Assembly: GCA_001661245.1 (NCBI GenBank)
Contig: KV454013.1
Coordinates: 1,024,502 to 1,088,501, forward strand
From: Pachysolen tannophilus NRRL Y-2460
Taxonomy: Eukaryota
Length of the DNA stretch: 64,000 bases
Direction of reading: 5' to 3'
The stretch's first letter is position 1. Each line of letters begins with the position of its first letter. Positions 21,701 through 31,788 of the stretch are shown piece by piece. Below the pieces are notes generated by a model. That model did no database searches, was not told the DNA's origin, and worked only from the letters and a program-made list of their open reading frames with translations. The position numbers and the translations under genes are program-made.

Positions 21701-22803
21701 TAAGTTAAAGTCAAAGGAGGTACACCAAGCACGTCAATTGAAATATCATCATTTTTAATTTTATCTTTGAAACATCTATCTTTTTCTTTTAAATGATTAT
21801 TTTTATCAAAATTGAAATTTACCAAGGGACATTGGGGCACAATAGAATATTTATTTAAAATTCTCAAATTTACTGCTTTATCATCCAACACTTGAACAAT
21901 CTTGTATAAACCTGGTAAATGAATTGATAAATCAATGAAAAAGACTTTATCATCTTCCAGTTCCAGTTCAGTAATTTCATAATTAAATTTATTGTTTATT
22001 TTCATCATTTTTTTTAAATCTCTTTGAGTATAATTTAAATAACTTTTCATGTTATTTTCTAAATTTATATGCTCCAATTGTAAAAACAGTAGGCCATTAT
22101 TTGTAGAATTAAATTTTATGGGTAAATCAATAAAATTATGAACATTCTCATCAATACACCAATGATTATTAAATGGATTTAATTCCACTGAGGAATCTGG
22201 TAAAAATTTAATTATTTTTTTACCTTTAAAATATTGACTTCTATCAATAAATTCTTTTCTATTTACAGTCTCACCCATTATTGTTAACTCATTTTGATTA
22301 AATTTTAAAAAATTCAGTAAAAATTGAATGAAAATAGTTAAAAATGGGAATCTAATATACCCAGCTAATATTAAATTCAAAGTTGTTAAAACTGATATTT
22401 GAAACAAACTTGTTAATTTTTTAAAATTTAACAATGGAATATTGAAAAATGGTATAATCCATAAAAATAAATTATCAACTATCAAATATTTTATCAAAAA
22501 ATTCAACTTATCATCATGAAAATCTATAAAGATTAATGTATTTATCTTTTGTGGTGCCGCCAACTTCTTTGCACTGTACAAATTAATATCCTTATTGCTC
22601 AATATTATTAAATCATAAAGCTTGTAAGACTGAATCAACACAAACAATGAAATGATAACTAATCTCTGTGATGCAGTATCAATTAAACTCGACGGTATTA
22701 ATGGGTTCTCATGATAAACATATTTTTTAAGTTTACTTTTCCCTGTTGTTTCTCCTGCTATTTTCCTTTTAACATTACTAGGCCCTCTATTAAAGACCTG
22801 CAT
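18787..22803 (-). CDS. POM152: Nuclear pore membrane glycoprotein Pom152
   Basis: 1338 aa. N-terminal PLIP..LID..SQRL motif and TM segments, then repeated lumenal Ig-like units with C...G.PP(F/Y).L.Y motifs. Ends EGEYEAVELEDAFC. Confidence 0.92.
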   Translation of the reverse strand: MQVFNRGPSNVKRKIAGETTGKSKLKKYVYHENPLIPSSLIDTASQRLVIISLFVLIQSYKLYDLIILSNKDINLYSAKKLAAPQKINTLIFIDFHDDKLNFLIKYLIVDNLFLWIIPFFNIPLLNFKKLTSLFQISVLTTLNLILAGYIRFPFLTIFIQFLLNFLKFNQNELTIMGETVNRKEFIDRSQYFKGKKIIKFLPDSSVELNPFNNHWCIDENVHNFIDLPIKFNSTNNGLLFLQLEHINLENNMKSYLNYTQRDLKKMMKINNKFNYEITELELEDDKVFFIDLSIHLPGLYKIVQVLDDKAVNLRILNKYSIVPQCPLVNFNFDKNNHLKEKDRCFKDKIKNDDISIDVLGVPPLTLTYNEEINGVLTNTPNKVVIPQDLKSPLLSISRIGNSKFSSYDVENLSSWANPRLLSVSLFDNDQEKTLTKTGSYVYTISTVQDGFGNRIVFDNPTIENKLIYKFETHQLPFAELIDLNPAKPLLYNGTKKILIRLGGISCHKCDSPYTAEINYYNEQNEFNEKIEQTFEYDDKNKELSILVDKLGYYELSSFNSRFCPAPKGNKIYIPSAKKPTLQIKSEPIIDKCVGAVGYTFKFNLVEKGTPPYRIDYKVLKLDNAGNLIAASSIKTVTSDSDTFEHSYHPPSEGNYSIDFFRLRDKYYSLGLDLLKYHYVTYFKQRPKCFFKKYNYELCNGASALIPIYFDGKPPYNLKYNIVENSRIIKNYEIDAISENEFIIETPNFTKGGNYVLEIKDVKDSSLCDVDFENQLVKINVRRSIPTLSFSKNETIDIVEGRAKFIPLKYDNLHHKLLDLTYEYSQLDHNNNVIESGIEKLENFSPAKGFRVDRKGVYKLLDFYDSGCPGEIAGAAINEVDYLQKPHVELVRTSNIIENNIQSLCLNSHDSFNLKLIGKPPFILEYSIIHPNNGIEHKSEVVNEYEFYIPLVTSASGIYEYTITSIYDSLYDSETLSKLKSAGSYKFEEIVLRNEVWDLPSALFTNESLPSYKKLDNYFIQTCYSNVYDRASVDPLPIKLFGEPPFNLKLNLVSRDKPNFNKTFYIKNVDKDFIQSRGFYNKFNLKVGSYIVSLVEIESGNGCINKNLKEHSNQAVLTINDFPKIKRVTDNFEQSNKIDRKKFSKINSDKKIHYSDYYCVGDHVKYELQGSQPFNIGYQFNGNPHLVENFSSKTFKRLVSKPGSLSLSTLSDSFSKNCVVDLSEESSTNDTIQIYDLPSVEISQGFTVEEDIHEGEKSELVFTFKGQPPFKLTYTRTLVDDGRTHRRGKATSKRGNVIVWTEVVEDIMSYEYRTWKSLEGEYEAVELEDAFCKVRNEQK

Positions 22804-23091
22804 CCTCTCTTAATACCAATCAACCTGAAAGCTAGAAACAATCCTCCAACTGATTTCGTACGTTTATTTATATTTATATATATATATATAATGATATCAA
22901 GTTTTATATATTTGTTTCATATATTTAACTAATTAAATGTTTGAATCGTGTTTACCTTTTTTTCATCACCCAAAAAAAAAATTAAAAAAAAAAATTTCAA
23001 CTTTTCCGTCTTTTTACAACTTCTACAACTGTTACAATTGAAAAGAGTATTTGTAGTATTATATTATGGCAGGCACTATGAAATGGAGTCT

Positions 23092-25056
23092 CTATGCCTG
23101 TATAGGAGGAGCATTAGCAACTTGTTGAGTTTCATTTTCATTTTCGTCTGTTTCTGTATCTGCATCTGCTTCATTTCGCATCTTTGCAGCTTCTACAATT
23201 TTGTTCCAATTTGCCGTTAGGATGAACCAAGTTTCGGTATTACCAATCAAGATCATTCCGACACCTATTCCAATCCATAGACCGTAGAGTTGTAGATGTA
23301 GATGTTTTGCCAATACTAGAGATAGAGGGATTGCCACCACGTAGTATATGAATAAGTTAATAAGTCCACCTATATTTTGTCTTCCTTGAGCTCTAAGGAT
23401 ACCTGAAGCCACTGAGGAGATACCGTCAAATATCTGTATGACAGCGACTAATGGGAAGACTGATACAATCAATGAGATGACTGCTGGGTCCTTTGAGAAG
23501 AGGTTTGCAATAATTTTTCTGAAACAAAGTAAGATTAAACAGTTTAAAACTCCAACTACTAATGCTGAATATAAACCGATATGTGTTGCAACTTTAGCGC
23601 TGCTAATATTTTCTGCGCCAATGAAATTTGCAATTCTAGTTGAGGAAGCAATACCAACGGCAAAGGGAACCATGTAAGTTAACGATGCCACTGTTGAAAC
23701 AGCTGATTGAGCAGCTAATGTATTTGTACCAAAATATGAAGAGAAAAGCGTTAAAATTTCATATGCCAAATATTCAGCTTCCAACATTATTATCCCTGGC
23801 ACTGCTAGCTTGGATAAATCATAAAAATGAGTAAAAGCTTCCTTGGTAAAACCTCCCCAACATTTCTTACCATCAACAAATTCAACATATAAGATCATCA
23901 ATAAAAGCATTAACCAAAAATTAATACTTGCAGCAATTGGAGCACCAATAAAACCCAAACCTATTCTACTATCCCAAACCAACAAATAACTTAACAATAC
24001 ATTTATTGGTGCTGTGACAAATAATATCCCAGTACCAGCTTCAAATATTCCTTGAGCTTGTAAAAATCTTTTACCACATTCGAATATTATATAAGGTGGT
24101 GCACCCAAGAGTAACCATCTTAAAAATAATTCTGTTAATCTAATGACTTCTTTATCTTCAATAAGATGTTTCAAAAAAAATGAACTATGATACCAAAAAA
24201 TTCCAAATGGAATAAATAATATTAAAGAAAATGCACAACATCTTTGGAAATGTACACCAACTCCTGTAAAATTACCAGCACCATAAGCTTGAGGACATAA
24301 TGTATCAAGACTAGTAGCACACCCTTCAAATATAGCAAATACAATAGTTGAAGTCATTGACAGTAATGAAACTGCAGCCAATTCTGAAGTACCCAAATGG
24401 CTAACAGTTAATACACATACCACAGAAAAAACTTGTTCTAGTAAGAAAGTAATTACTAATGGAGATGCATATTTAAACATCATCTTCAATTCTGATTTCG
24501 GAGTCACCACCTCGTTTGCAAAATCTTCATCTTCATCCCCCATTGGTAGCGACATCAACGAAGGTCTTCTTCTTCTTCTTGATGATGATGGAGACTTAAC
24601 CATATCATCATCTTCATCTACACTATAACGGCTTCTTTGACTATCATTATCAAAAGTACCATAACGTTGTTCTACTTGTCGTACCACATCGTTGTCATCA
24701 TCTTCATCATAAACTGAAGATTCACCAGAAAATCTTCTTTGATGTTCTTCTATTAACCAACTAAGTTGGTCAGGTTCAGGAGAACCTTCTAATGTAGAAG
24801 GCAATGATCGGAAGGTACTTACGGATTCATTATCCCCACCAACATCTTCTCTTTCACTCTCAAGCTCAGACCCAAGTGATAAAAATGATCTTCGATCATC
24901 GTTATTAGACATTAAACCCCATGGTGTATTCTTACTTTGAGGTATAAATGTTAACGAAAGCTTTCGACGTCTACTATTTAATCCCACACCATTTGAATTT
25001 CTCAAATGCAGCGGCAACTGCGCTAACGTTTTAGATATGAAGTTCTGAGTAACCAT
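23092..25056 (-). CDS. MATE-family multidrug/ethionine-resistance transporter (Erc1/YDR338C-like)
   Basis: ELAAVSL(CTG=A)SMT, ATSLDTLCPQAYGAG, KRFLQAQGIF, STRIANFIGA and GILRAQGRQ. About 12 TM segments after a long acidic N-terminal tail. Confidence 0.93.
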   Translation of the reverse strand: MVTQNFISKTLAQLPLHLRNSNGVGLNSRRRKLSLTFIPQSKNTPWGLMSNNDDRRSFLSLGSELESEREDVGGDNESVSTFRSLPSTLEGSPEPDQLSWLIEEHQRRFSGESSVYDEDDDNDVVRQVEQRYGTFDNDSQRSRYSVDEDDDMVKSPSSSRRRRRPSLMSLPMGDEDEDFANEVVTPKSELKMMFKYASPLVITFLLEQVFSVVCVLTVSHLGTSELAAVSLLSMTSTIVFAIFEGCATSLDTLCPQAYGAGNFTGVGVHFQRCCAFSLILFIPFGIFWYHSSFFLKHLIEDKEVIRLTELFLRWLLLGAPPYIIFECGKRFLQAQGIFEAGTGILFVTAPINVLLSYLLVWDSRIGLGFIGAPIAASINFWLMLLLMILYVEFVDGKKCWGGFTKEAFTHFYDLSKLAVPGIIMLEAEYLAYEILTLFSSYFGTNTLAAQSAVSTVASLTYMVPFAVGIASSTRIANFIGAENISSAKVATHIGLYSALVVGVLNCLILLCFRKIIANLFSKDPAVISLIVSVFPLVAVIQIFDGISSVASGILRAQGRQNIGGLINLFIYYVVAIPLSLVLAKHLHLQLYGLWIGIGVGMILIGNTETWFILTANWNKIVEAAKMRNEADADTETDENENETQQVANAPPIQA

Positions 25057-25430
25057 AACTATCTATAACTTTCCCTGACTCGAAAAACTATTCCTTATAT
25101 CCATTTAGACCATATAATTTGATTCTTTTAAAAACCTTTAATACCCAATTTTTATATAATTTATATATAATATATATATATGGGTCGGTATTATTTACAG
25201 ATAACGAAAATAATTTTTTTTTTTTTTTTTTTGACTTTTTTTACTTTAAATTTCTACACCAAAGATAAAAAACTCATGATTCACACCTGATAATAGTTAG
25301 ATCCTATATAAATCCATATATTCCATATTTAATTGGGAAACCCCTCACCACATAAAAAATTAAGTAAAACCCTTTATACTTATATATTTTTTTTTAAAAA
25401 AGAAAAAAAAACCGATTTTCCATAAAAAAA

Positions 25431-26447
25431 TCAATTCATTTCTGGCCATTCCAAAGGTTGATCAATGATCACCAATGCACCATTATTAACGATTCTTATT
25501 TCTTTAACATTGGCAATATTACCGTCATTTCCGACAACTTGAACTGTAAAGTGGCCGTTATCATTTACCAATTCGAGCTGATGATTATTTAATGTTTGTA
25601 GTAATACACCATGTCTATTTTTTCTTTCATTTTTCAAATCTTCAAATTCAAATTTTGAATCAACAATATGAGATTTTAAGAAATTTTCAATATTTGCATT
25701 TGTTGATTCATCTTTTTGATTATTTGTTTCTGTTATCTTTATTGGGAACTCCCATGGTTTTTGAGTTAACGAAGCAATGGCAGAATCTAAAGGTGTAAAA
25801 ATAATCAACTGTGAATCTAATGACGAAAGTTTATCATTTATTGCAACGTTATTTCTAGCATAACTGGAAATAATAGTAATCAGGTTTTTCCTTTCAAGTA
25901 ATGCATTTGCCAAAGTATCTGTTTTTGGTGCCTCCAGAATATTTTGATTAATTTTATCCTTTTCACCCTTTTCACCCTTTTCATTTTTCCCATTTTTTCC
26001 ATTTTTTTCAAATACTTTCAATTGATCAGCATCACTTGGAATATAAATATTGCTTAACTTTGGCAAAAAACCTAATTTCTGTTTAATATATTCAAAAATC
26101 GATTGCTCCTTTTCTTGATGATGATATTCATGTTCTTGTTCTTGTTCTTGAACCCCATGGTGAGAATCATCTTTCTTACCACCTTTAATTTTTAAATTAG
26201 GATTAATAATTCTACCACCAACAATAATTGGTGCTGCATCTCTTTTACGGAAATTACCAGTTTCAAACATATGGGCTATATCTTCTTCAGAAAGCTTTAA
26301 ATCAAAAACTCTCTTAGGATCCCTTTTATTCAAATGAAGAGCTTCAACTTGTTGTTGATTCAACTCGAATTTGCTCTTATCTAAAACTCTTTTAGAAAGA
26401 ACAACACAAGAAAGAAACGAAACAATAAATAAACTTGATAACTTCAT
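25431..26447 (-). CDS. Secreted/vacuolar FAS1 (fasciclin)-domain protein, YDR262W-like
   Basis: Signal peptide. FTPLDSAI..L..KPWEFP, FLKSHIV and VNNGALVIIDQPL are FAS1 H1/H2-type motifs. Confidence 0.8.
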   Translation of the reverse strand: MKLSSLFIVSFLSCVVLSKRVLDKSKFELNQQQVEALHLNKRDPKRVFDLKLSEEDIAHMFETGNFRKRDAAPIIVGGRIINPNLKIKGGKKDDSHHGVQEQEQEHEYHHQEKEQSIFEYIKQKLGFLPKLSNIYIPSDADQLKVFEKNGKNGKNEKGEKGEKDKINQNILEAPKTDTLANALLERKNLITIISSYARNNVAINDKLSSLDSQLIIFTPLDSAIASLTQKPWEFPIKITETNNQKDESTNANIENFLKSHIVDSKFEFEDLKNERKNRHGVLLQTLNNHQLELVNDNGHFTVQVVGNDGNIANVKEIRIVNNGALVIIDQPLEWPEMN

Positions 26448-26663
26448 AGCTCAATAACGAAAAAAATCAACTAAAGATAAACCTGATTGATTTATCATAT
26501 ATTATGATAAAAGGAAAAATTCAATTTAATTTTTGTATAAAATTTATTCCTTTATTATACTTATCACGCTAGAATTTAAGTACTTTCTTTTCCCTTCCCT
26601 TCCCTTACTTTCCCTTTTCTTTTATAATATTTAAACTGCAAATTGAGAACTATAAAGAATAAA

Positions 26664-26717
26664 TTTCCTATTTAGGAATTTGCCTCCTTTTTTAAGTAAA
26701 CCTTCCTAATTTGGACA
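26664..26717. promoter_or_regulatory. Pair of Mcm1 CArG-like sites upstream of the FAS1 gene
   Basis: TTTCCTATTTAGGAAT (26664-26679) and CTTCCTAATTTGGACA (26702-26717) both contain CC(A/T)6GG. Confidence 0.5.
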
Positions 26718-26968
26718 ATGGATTTCCAAATACGTCATTTTGTCATTTTATCATTATCATTATCTTTATCACCTCCTGGAGAAGGAAGATTAATTTAATT
26801 AAATTAATATTACTATTTATACATATACAAAACAAGATTCCAAAAAAAAAAAAATTACAGCCTAAATTGTCTATCAATTTTTCAGTTATTTTTTCACAGT
26901 CCCTTAACTAATATTGTTTTATTTTTTTTTTTTTTTTTTTTTTTTTTCTTCTTTTTCTCTATCTCTCT

Positions 26969-29900
26969 TTAAAACATTCGAAGAAATTTGCTCAAAATTT
27001 TAGAATGCTTATCGGTATTCTTAACACCATTTTTAGCCTTTTCCTTCCTTGTCTTTTTTCTTGATAATGGTTTCGCATTAACTTCATCATCTAGCTGGAT
27101 GTCGTAAGATTGGTACGGTGGTGCACGTGGAGCTTCTCTCTGTGGAGTAGTCAAGTTAAAAAATCTCTTTAATTTCAATGATTTTCTTCTATTCAAAGTT
27201 TCGTCTTTATAGTTATTAGACTCGAACCTTGCAGTATCTTCAATAACTGGTGAGAGCTGTGTAAATCCAACACCATTTTGAAATTTTCTAAACAGTTTCG
27301 AAGGTGGTCTTAATGAATCTACTGTGTTTTCTTGAATATCTGTTGGAGTTATTGTAACAACATTTTCGTTATTTCTGTGATAATTAAAACTGCTATGCTT
27401 TATATGAACTAGATCATCACTTATATTAACCTGATCAATGAAACTTCCAGTATCATCTTCGTCGTGTGACTTTTCCATATCCCCTTCTTTTGCATGTGCA
27501 GGTTGAGTAAAACCAGAATCATCTGGATCTGCATAAATAGAAATTTTGGAAAAATTCTTATTCATCTTCAAAGAAGCATATATACTATCATCGAGAGCCA
27601 AATTGGTCAAACGTCTACTATCATCATTTAATTTAAAATCATTTTTCTTATTTGGTGTCGATTTCAGTGATTTCCTATTGGAGTTACTAACACTAGCAAC
27701 TGATGCAGAATTGCAAGATGTGGCAGTGGTAACATCCTGTGGGAAATCATAATTTTTATTAAACAATGAAGACCTTATATTTGGATAATATTGAACCACT
27801 TCACTTATATTGGAGTCATTGGTACTATTAGATTCCAGTTTCTTATGAACCATAATTGAAGACTCTGCATCATCCTTATTTTTCAAATTATTATCTTCAG
27901 CTAATCTATTCATTGAACCAATAATGTTACTTATAGACGAACTAGTTAAAAGGGTATCAAAAGTTGACTCTGCATCTGCAAACCTTTCATCAATTGTATT
28001 TGTAGTTGGTTCAATTGAATTAGCAATTTTATTTGTTTCAGCTAATTTCGGCTCATTAAAGGTAAATTTATCAACAGGTGATATTGGAATGGCTTCAGCT
28101 GTATTGATTGAAACCGTATAATCAACAGATAAATCCTCAGAAGGATTGTAAGTATGTCTCTTTGATAAAGTTGAAGTATTAAGTGAATGAGCATCATATG
28201 ATGAAGGTGCTGCATTTTTGGAAATAATACGATTTGGAGAAAGTGTAGCTTTATTTCTAAATTGAGTATTATTACTTCTGTTTGACAATTTTTTGTTATA
28301 CTGATCCAAAGTAAAATTTTTATTTCTTTGAGAATTTAAATAACTTGATAAATCAGTAGTTGATCCACTCTTGGATGTTACAAGACTTGATTTTCTACTT
28401 AAATTTGATGATGTTGGAAGTGGCGGTAATGGATGAGATTTAACATTATTCTTTAACTTTGAATCCAATTTAATATCTTCAACGACAGATTTATTATTGG
28501 TGCTATCTCCAGTGTTATTCCTAATATCTGAACTATAAATATCTCCAAATTTGCTCAATCTAACACCAAATTTGTCCAAGACAGCTTTTGCATATGCCTT
28601 ATTTTCATTATTTGCTGCATTCATCGATTTTAATTTTGGATCCAATGAGACAAAATTACTAATATTTCTTGAAGAAGGATGATATCTAGTGTTAGCAAGT
28701 GATCCACTATTTTTTGTCAGAGAAATAAATTTGAATTTCTCTTTTTCTCTCAAAAGTTCAAGAGCTTTCAATTCTTCCAGTGCTGCGCGTTGCCTTTCTA
28801 CTAATAGGTCTCGTTGTTTTGTTTCTTCTAATTCAAGTTCCTTCTGTCTGTTTCTTTGTTTTTGGACTATCAAATTCTTTTCTCTGATTTGGTCAAGATG
28901 AGATTTTAACTCTTCTTGTTCTTTCAATTGACGTTTTTTCTTTTCGTTTCCTTTCTCCTTTTTCTTAAAAACGTCTTTTGAATTATTTATTATCATTGGA
29001 ATTTCATTCTCATTTACTTTGTTTCCATTTTCTTGTTGTGGTTCATCTTCACCAAAAATTTCATCACAAAGATACATAAATTCTAAAACGTTTAACTTTG
29101 ATTCTCTAACTTCGGGCAACAGTGGGAATTCTCTTCTTTTCATTGGATTTTTACCAATACTATTGCTTCTGCTACGACTACTACTTTTAGAAGACTTGGA
29201 TGATTTGATAGATCTCTTACTTGAAGATGCACTGACAAGTGAGGATGATGATTTTTTGTGACCTTTAAATGAAATGTTTTTCCTATATGAATTTGATGCA
29301 GAAATGACTGGTTTTTTACGATCTAATGTTTTAGTCTTCTTTCGACTAACATTAGTATTTAAAGAGTTTTGATTTATTGTTCCTAATGCTTTCCTATTTT
29401 TGGAAGATAAATGTGGAGGAACTTCAGAATTTGGTATTTCTCTTGTAACAGTTCTTATCTTATTACCATTTTCATCTTGAATCACAGTAGTTACTACTGA
29501 AGTTGATCTTGGTATTGTCTTTCTAGAATCTTTTTTATTCAAAATGTTATTATTATTAATATCACCAGCTTGATAATTGGAATATTTAGAATGACTTTTC
29601 TTATAATTAATTAATAATTGATAAAAAATTTTTTCAGAATTTTTTTCTGAAGATTGTAATTTTCCAATTATTTTAGATTTATCAATTCCATGCCATAAAG
29701 TTTGTAAATTTTTAACAATTTGTTCATCAATTTCAGTAACTGGTGATAAATCCAAATTTTCAGTTGTATGATTAGCTTGTAATCTATCGTTAGAAAATGT
29801 ATTTTTCTTGGAAGGATATTTTTTCAATAATGGATGATTTATAATTTCATCTAACTTTGCTCTTTCTCTTGGATCAACTTTTAACATTTTCCAAATTAAA

Positions 29901-30931
29901 TCTTTTGCTTCACTTGATAAATTTGGTGGCATTTTAAATTTTCCAGTTTGTACTTTTAATAATAATTGTCTTATATTTGGATCATCAAATGGGAGATGCC
30001 CTGTAAGTAATGCAAATAAAATTATACCACAAGACCAAATATCACTTGGTCCACCATGATAATTTTTACCAGCTACAATTTCTGGAGAAGCATAATGTGG
30101 AGAACCACATGAAGTTTCTAATAAATTTTCAGTTGTTTCTAATGCAGCCATACCAAAATCAGCAATTTTAATATTTCTATATTTATCCAATAATAAATTT
30201 TCTGGTTTTAAATCTCTATGGCATATATTAAATTGATGACAATAATTAATTCCACTAATTATTTGTTTAAAATACATTACAGCTTCTTTTTCTTCTAATT
30301 TTCCTTTTCTAATAAGATAATCAAATAATTCTCCACCTTCAATATATTCCAAGACCAAATAAAGTTCATTTTTATTTTCCCAAACATCATAAAGCAGCAT
30401 TATATTTTGATGAGAAATTAATTTCATAACTATAATTTCTCTTTCTATACCATAAGGTAATCCATTATTATCAACTTTAACTCCATTTTTTAATCTTTTA
30501 TTGGCATTTTCATGATTTAATTTCGGCACTATTTTCACAGCAGCTAATTGACCAGTTATAGAATGTTTTGCCAACCTTACTCTCCCAGTTGAACCTCTAC
30601 CCAAAGTTCTACCTAGCCTCCAGGGTCCAACATGGTTTTGAGATTTCCTCTTTGATGAGTTGGTAGTATTTGTAGAAACTTGAGAAAGCCTCTTTGTAGC
30701 ATTAGCAACACTTTCTACAACTCTATCAAGCTGTTGAACATTTTCTTTATTTTGATCATTATAAGAACCACCATTGCCATTACTATTCCTACTACCATTA
30801 CTATGAGTGTACACCGAAGAAACCACATTTGAATGATAGTGTTGCTGACGCTGTTGCTGATGCATCTGGGATCGTTGGTAATCATCACTAGCGGCCTTCT
30901 TCGCCGCAATGGTTGCAATAGAAGACACCAT
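26969..30931 (-). CDS. HSL1: Nim1-family septin-associated Ser/Thr kinase Hsl1
   Basis: ATG at 30931 (the track starts at an upstream TTG). SVANATKRLSQ, VGPWRLGRTLGRGSTGRVRLAK, LPYGIEREI, HRDLKPEN, DFG, LETSCGSPHYASPE and a D-box-like RKALGTINQN. Confidence 0.9.
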   Translation of the reverse strand: MVSSIATIAAKKAASDDYQRSQMHQQQRQQHYHSNVVSSVYTHSNGSRNSNGNGGSYNDQNKENVQQLDRVVESVANATKRLSQVSTNTTNSSKRKSQNHVGPWRLGRTLGRGSTGRVRLAKHSITGQLAAVKIVPKLNHENANKRLKNGVKVDNNGLPYGIEREIIVMKLISHQNIMLLYDVWENKNELYLVLEYIEGGELFDYLIRKGKLEEKEAVMYFKQIISGINYCHQFNICHRDLKPENLLLDKYRNIKIADFGMAALETTENLLETSCGSPHYASPEIVAGKNYHGGPSDIWSCGIILFALLTGHLPFDDPNIRQLLLKVQTGKFKMPPNLSSEAKDLIWKMLKVDPRERAKLDEIINHPLLKKYPSKKNTFSNDRLQANHTTENLDLSPVTEIDEQIVKNLQTLWHGIDKSKIIGKLQSSEKNSEKIFYQLLINYKKSHSKYSNYQAGDINNNNILNKKDSRKTIPRSTSVVTTVIQDENGNKIRTVTREIPNSEVPPHLSSKNRKALGTINQNSLNTNVSRKKTKTLDRKKPVISASNSYRKNISFKGHKKSSSSLVSASSSKRSIKSSKSSKSSSRSRSNSIGKNPMKRREFPLLPEVRESKLNVLEFMYLCDEIFGEDEPQQENGNKVNENEIPMIINNSKDVFKKKEKGNEKKKRQLKEQEELKSHLDQIREKNLIVQKQRNRQKELELEETKQRDLLVERQRAALEELKALELLREKEKFKFISLTKNSGSLANTRYHPSSRNISNFVSLDPKLKSMNAANNENKAYAKAVLDKFGVRLSKFGDIYSSDIRNNTGDSTNNKSVVEDIKLDSKLKNNVKSHPLPPLPTSSNLSRKSSLVTSKSGSTTDLSSYLNSQRNKNFTLDQYNKKLSNRSNNTQFRNKATLSPNRIISKNAAPSSYDAHSLNTSTLSKRHTYNPSEDLSVDYTVSINTAEAIPISPVDKFTFNEPKLAETNKIANSIEPTTNTIDERFADAESTFDTLLTSSSISNIIGSMNRLAEDNNLKNKDDAESSIMVHKKLESNSTNDSNISEVVQYYPNIRSSLFNKNYDFPQDVTTATSCNSASVASVSNSNRKSLKSTPNKKNDFKLNDDSRRLTNLALDDSIYASLKMNKNFSKISIYADPDDSGFTQPAHAKEGDMEKSHDEDDTGSFIDQVNISDDLVHIKHSSFNYHRNNENVVTITPTDIQENTVDSLRPPSKLFRKFQNGVGFTQLSPVIEDTARFESNNYKDETLNRRKSLKLKRFFNLTTPQREAPRAPPYQSYDIQLDDEVNAKPLSRKKTRKEKAKNGVKNTDKHSKILSKFLRMF

Positions 30932-31788
30932 AATCAACTATAGTTTGTATATATTACCTCTTTATTCAATCCTCTGTAAATTTTATTTTATTTTAAAAAA
31001 AAAAATAATTCTCTTGTTAGTAATCATGTAACGGCGTTTAATCAAACAAAACAAATCAAACTTACAATCATATAAATCCACCACCTTACACTAGGCCAAA
31101 ATAAAAATTGTTTCTTACAATCAGCTAATAAGCAACTTCTTCTTAGCAATTTACACTCTTTGAATTATCCACTCAAACAATTTCTTCTTGTTCTTGTTCT
31201 TGTTCTACTTCTTCTATTATTATTATTGTTTTTTTTTTTGATTTAAAACTCAATTAGGTCTAGTATTAAAAAAAAAGGTACTTTTGTTTTGTTGTGATTT
31301 TTCCCTAAGTTTCCTACTTGTTTTAAAGAGAGAAAAAAAAATTTTTTGTTTTTTTTCCTCTCTTTTGTTTACGTCTCGGTATTTAAAGAAAAATTTCGCG
31401 TTGTAAAAAAAGATGTTTTTTTTTTGGCGTTTTTTTTTTCTTTTTTTTTCTTTTTTTACGTTTTCTCCGGTGTGTTTGCGGGAGAAGGCGGGAAGGAGGG
31501 CGGAAGGATAGTCATCGGCCCAGGGTTACTGGGCGGGATTAATGATGATTGAAACCTAACAATATCAATTACCATGCTCATATTGAGTTTTCTATCAAAC
31601 GTATAATTGATTTAATGATTTTATATTTATACACAAAACTAAAATAAAATAAAATAAACGAAAAGCTATAAAAAAAAACGATGAAAACTTATGACAAATT
31701 CGATTATCCAAAACTTCTCAAAAACAAAAAATAAAAAAAAAAATAAACAGTAATAGTTACAGATAAATAAAAAGAGTATATAAATAAA

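Noticed and set aside
31542..31620. ATGATGA C-box downstream of an AGGGTTA (Tbf1-like) site
   Set aside because: There is no CTGA D box at a suitable distance.
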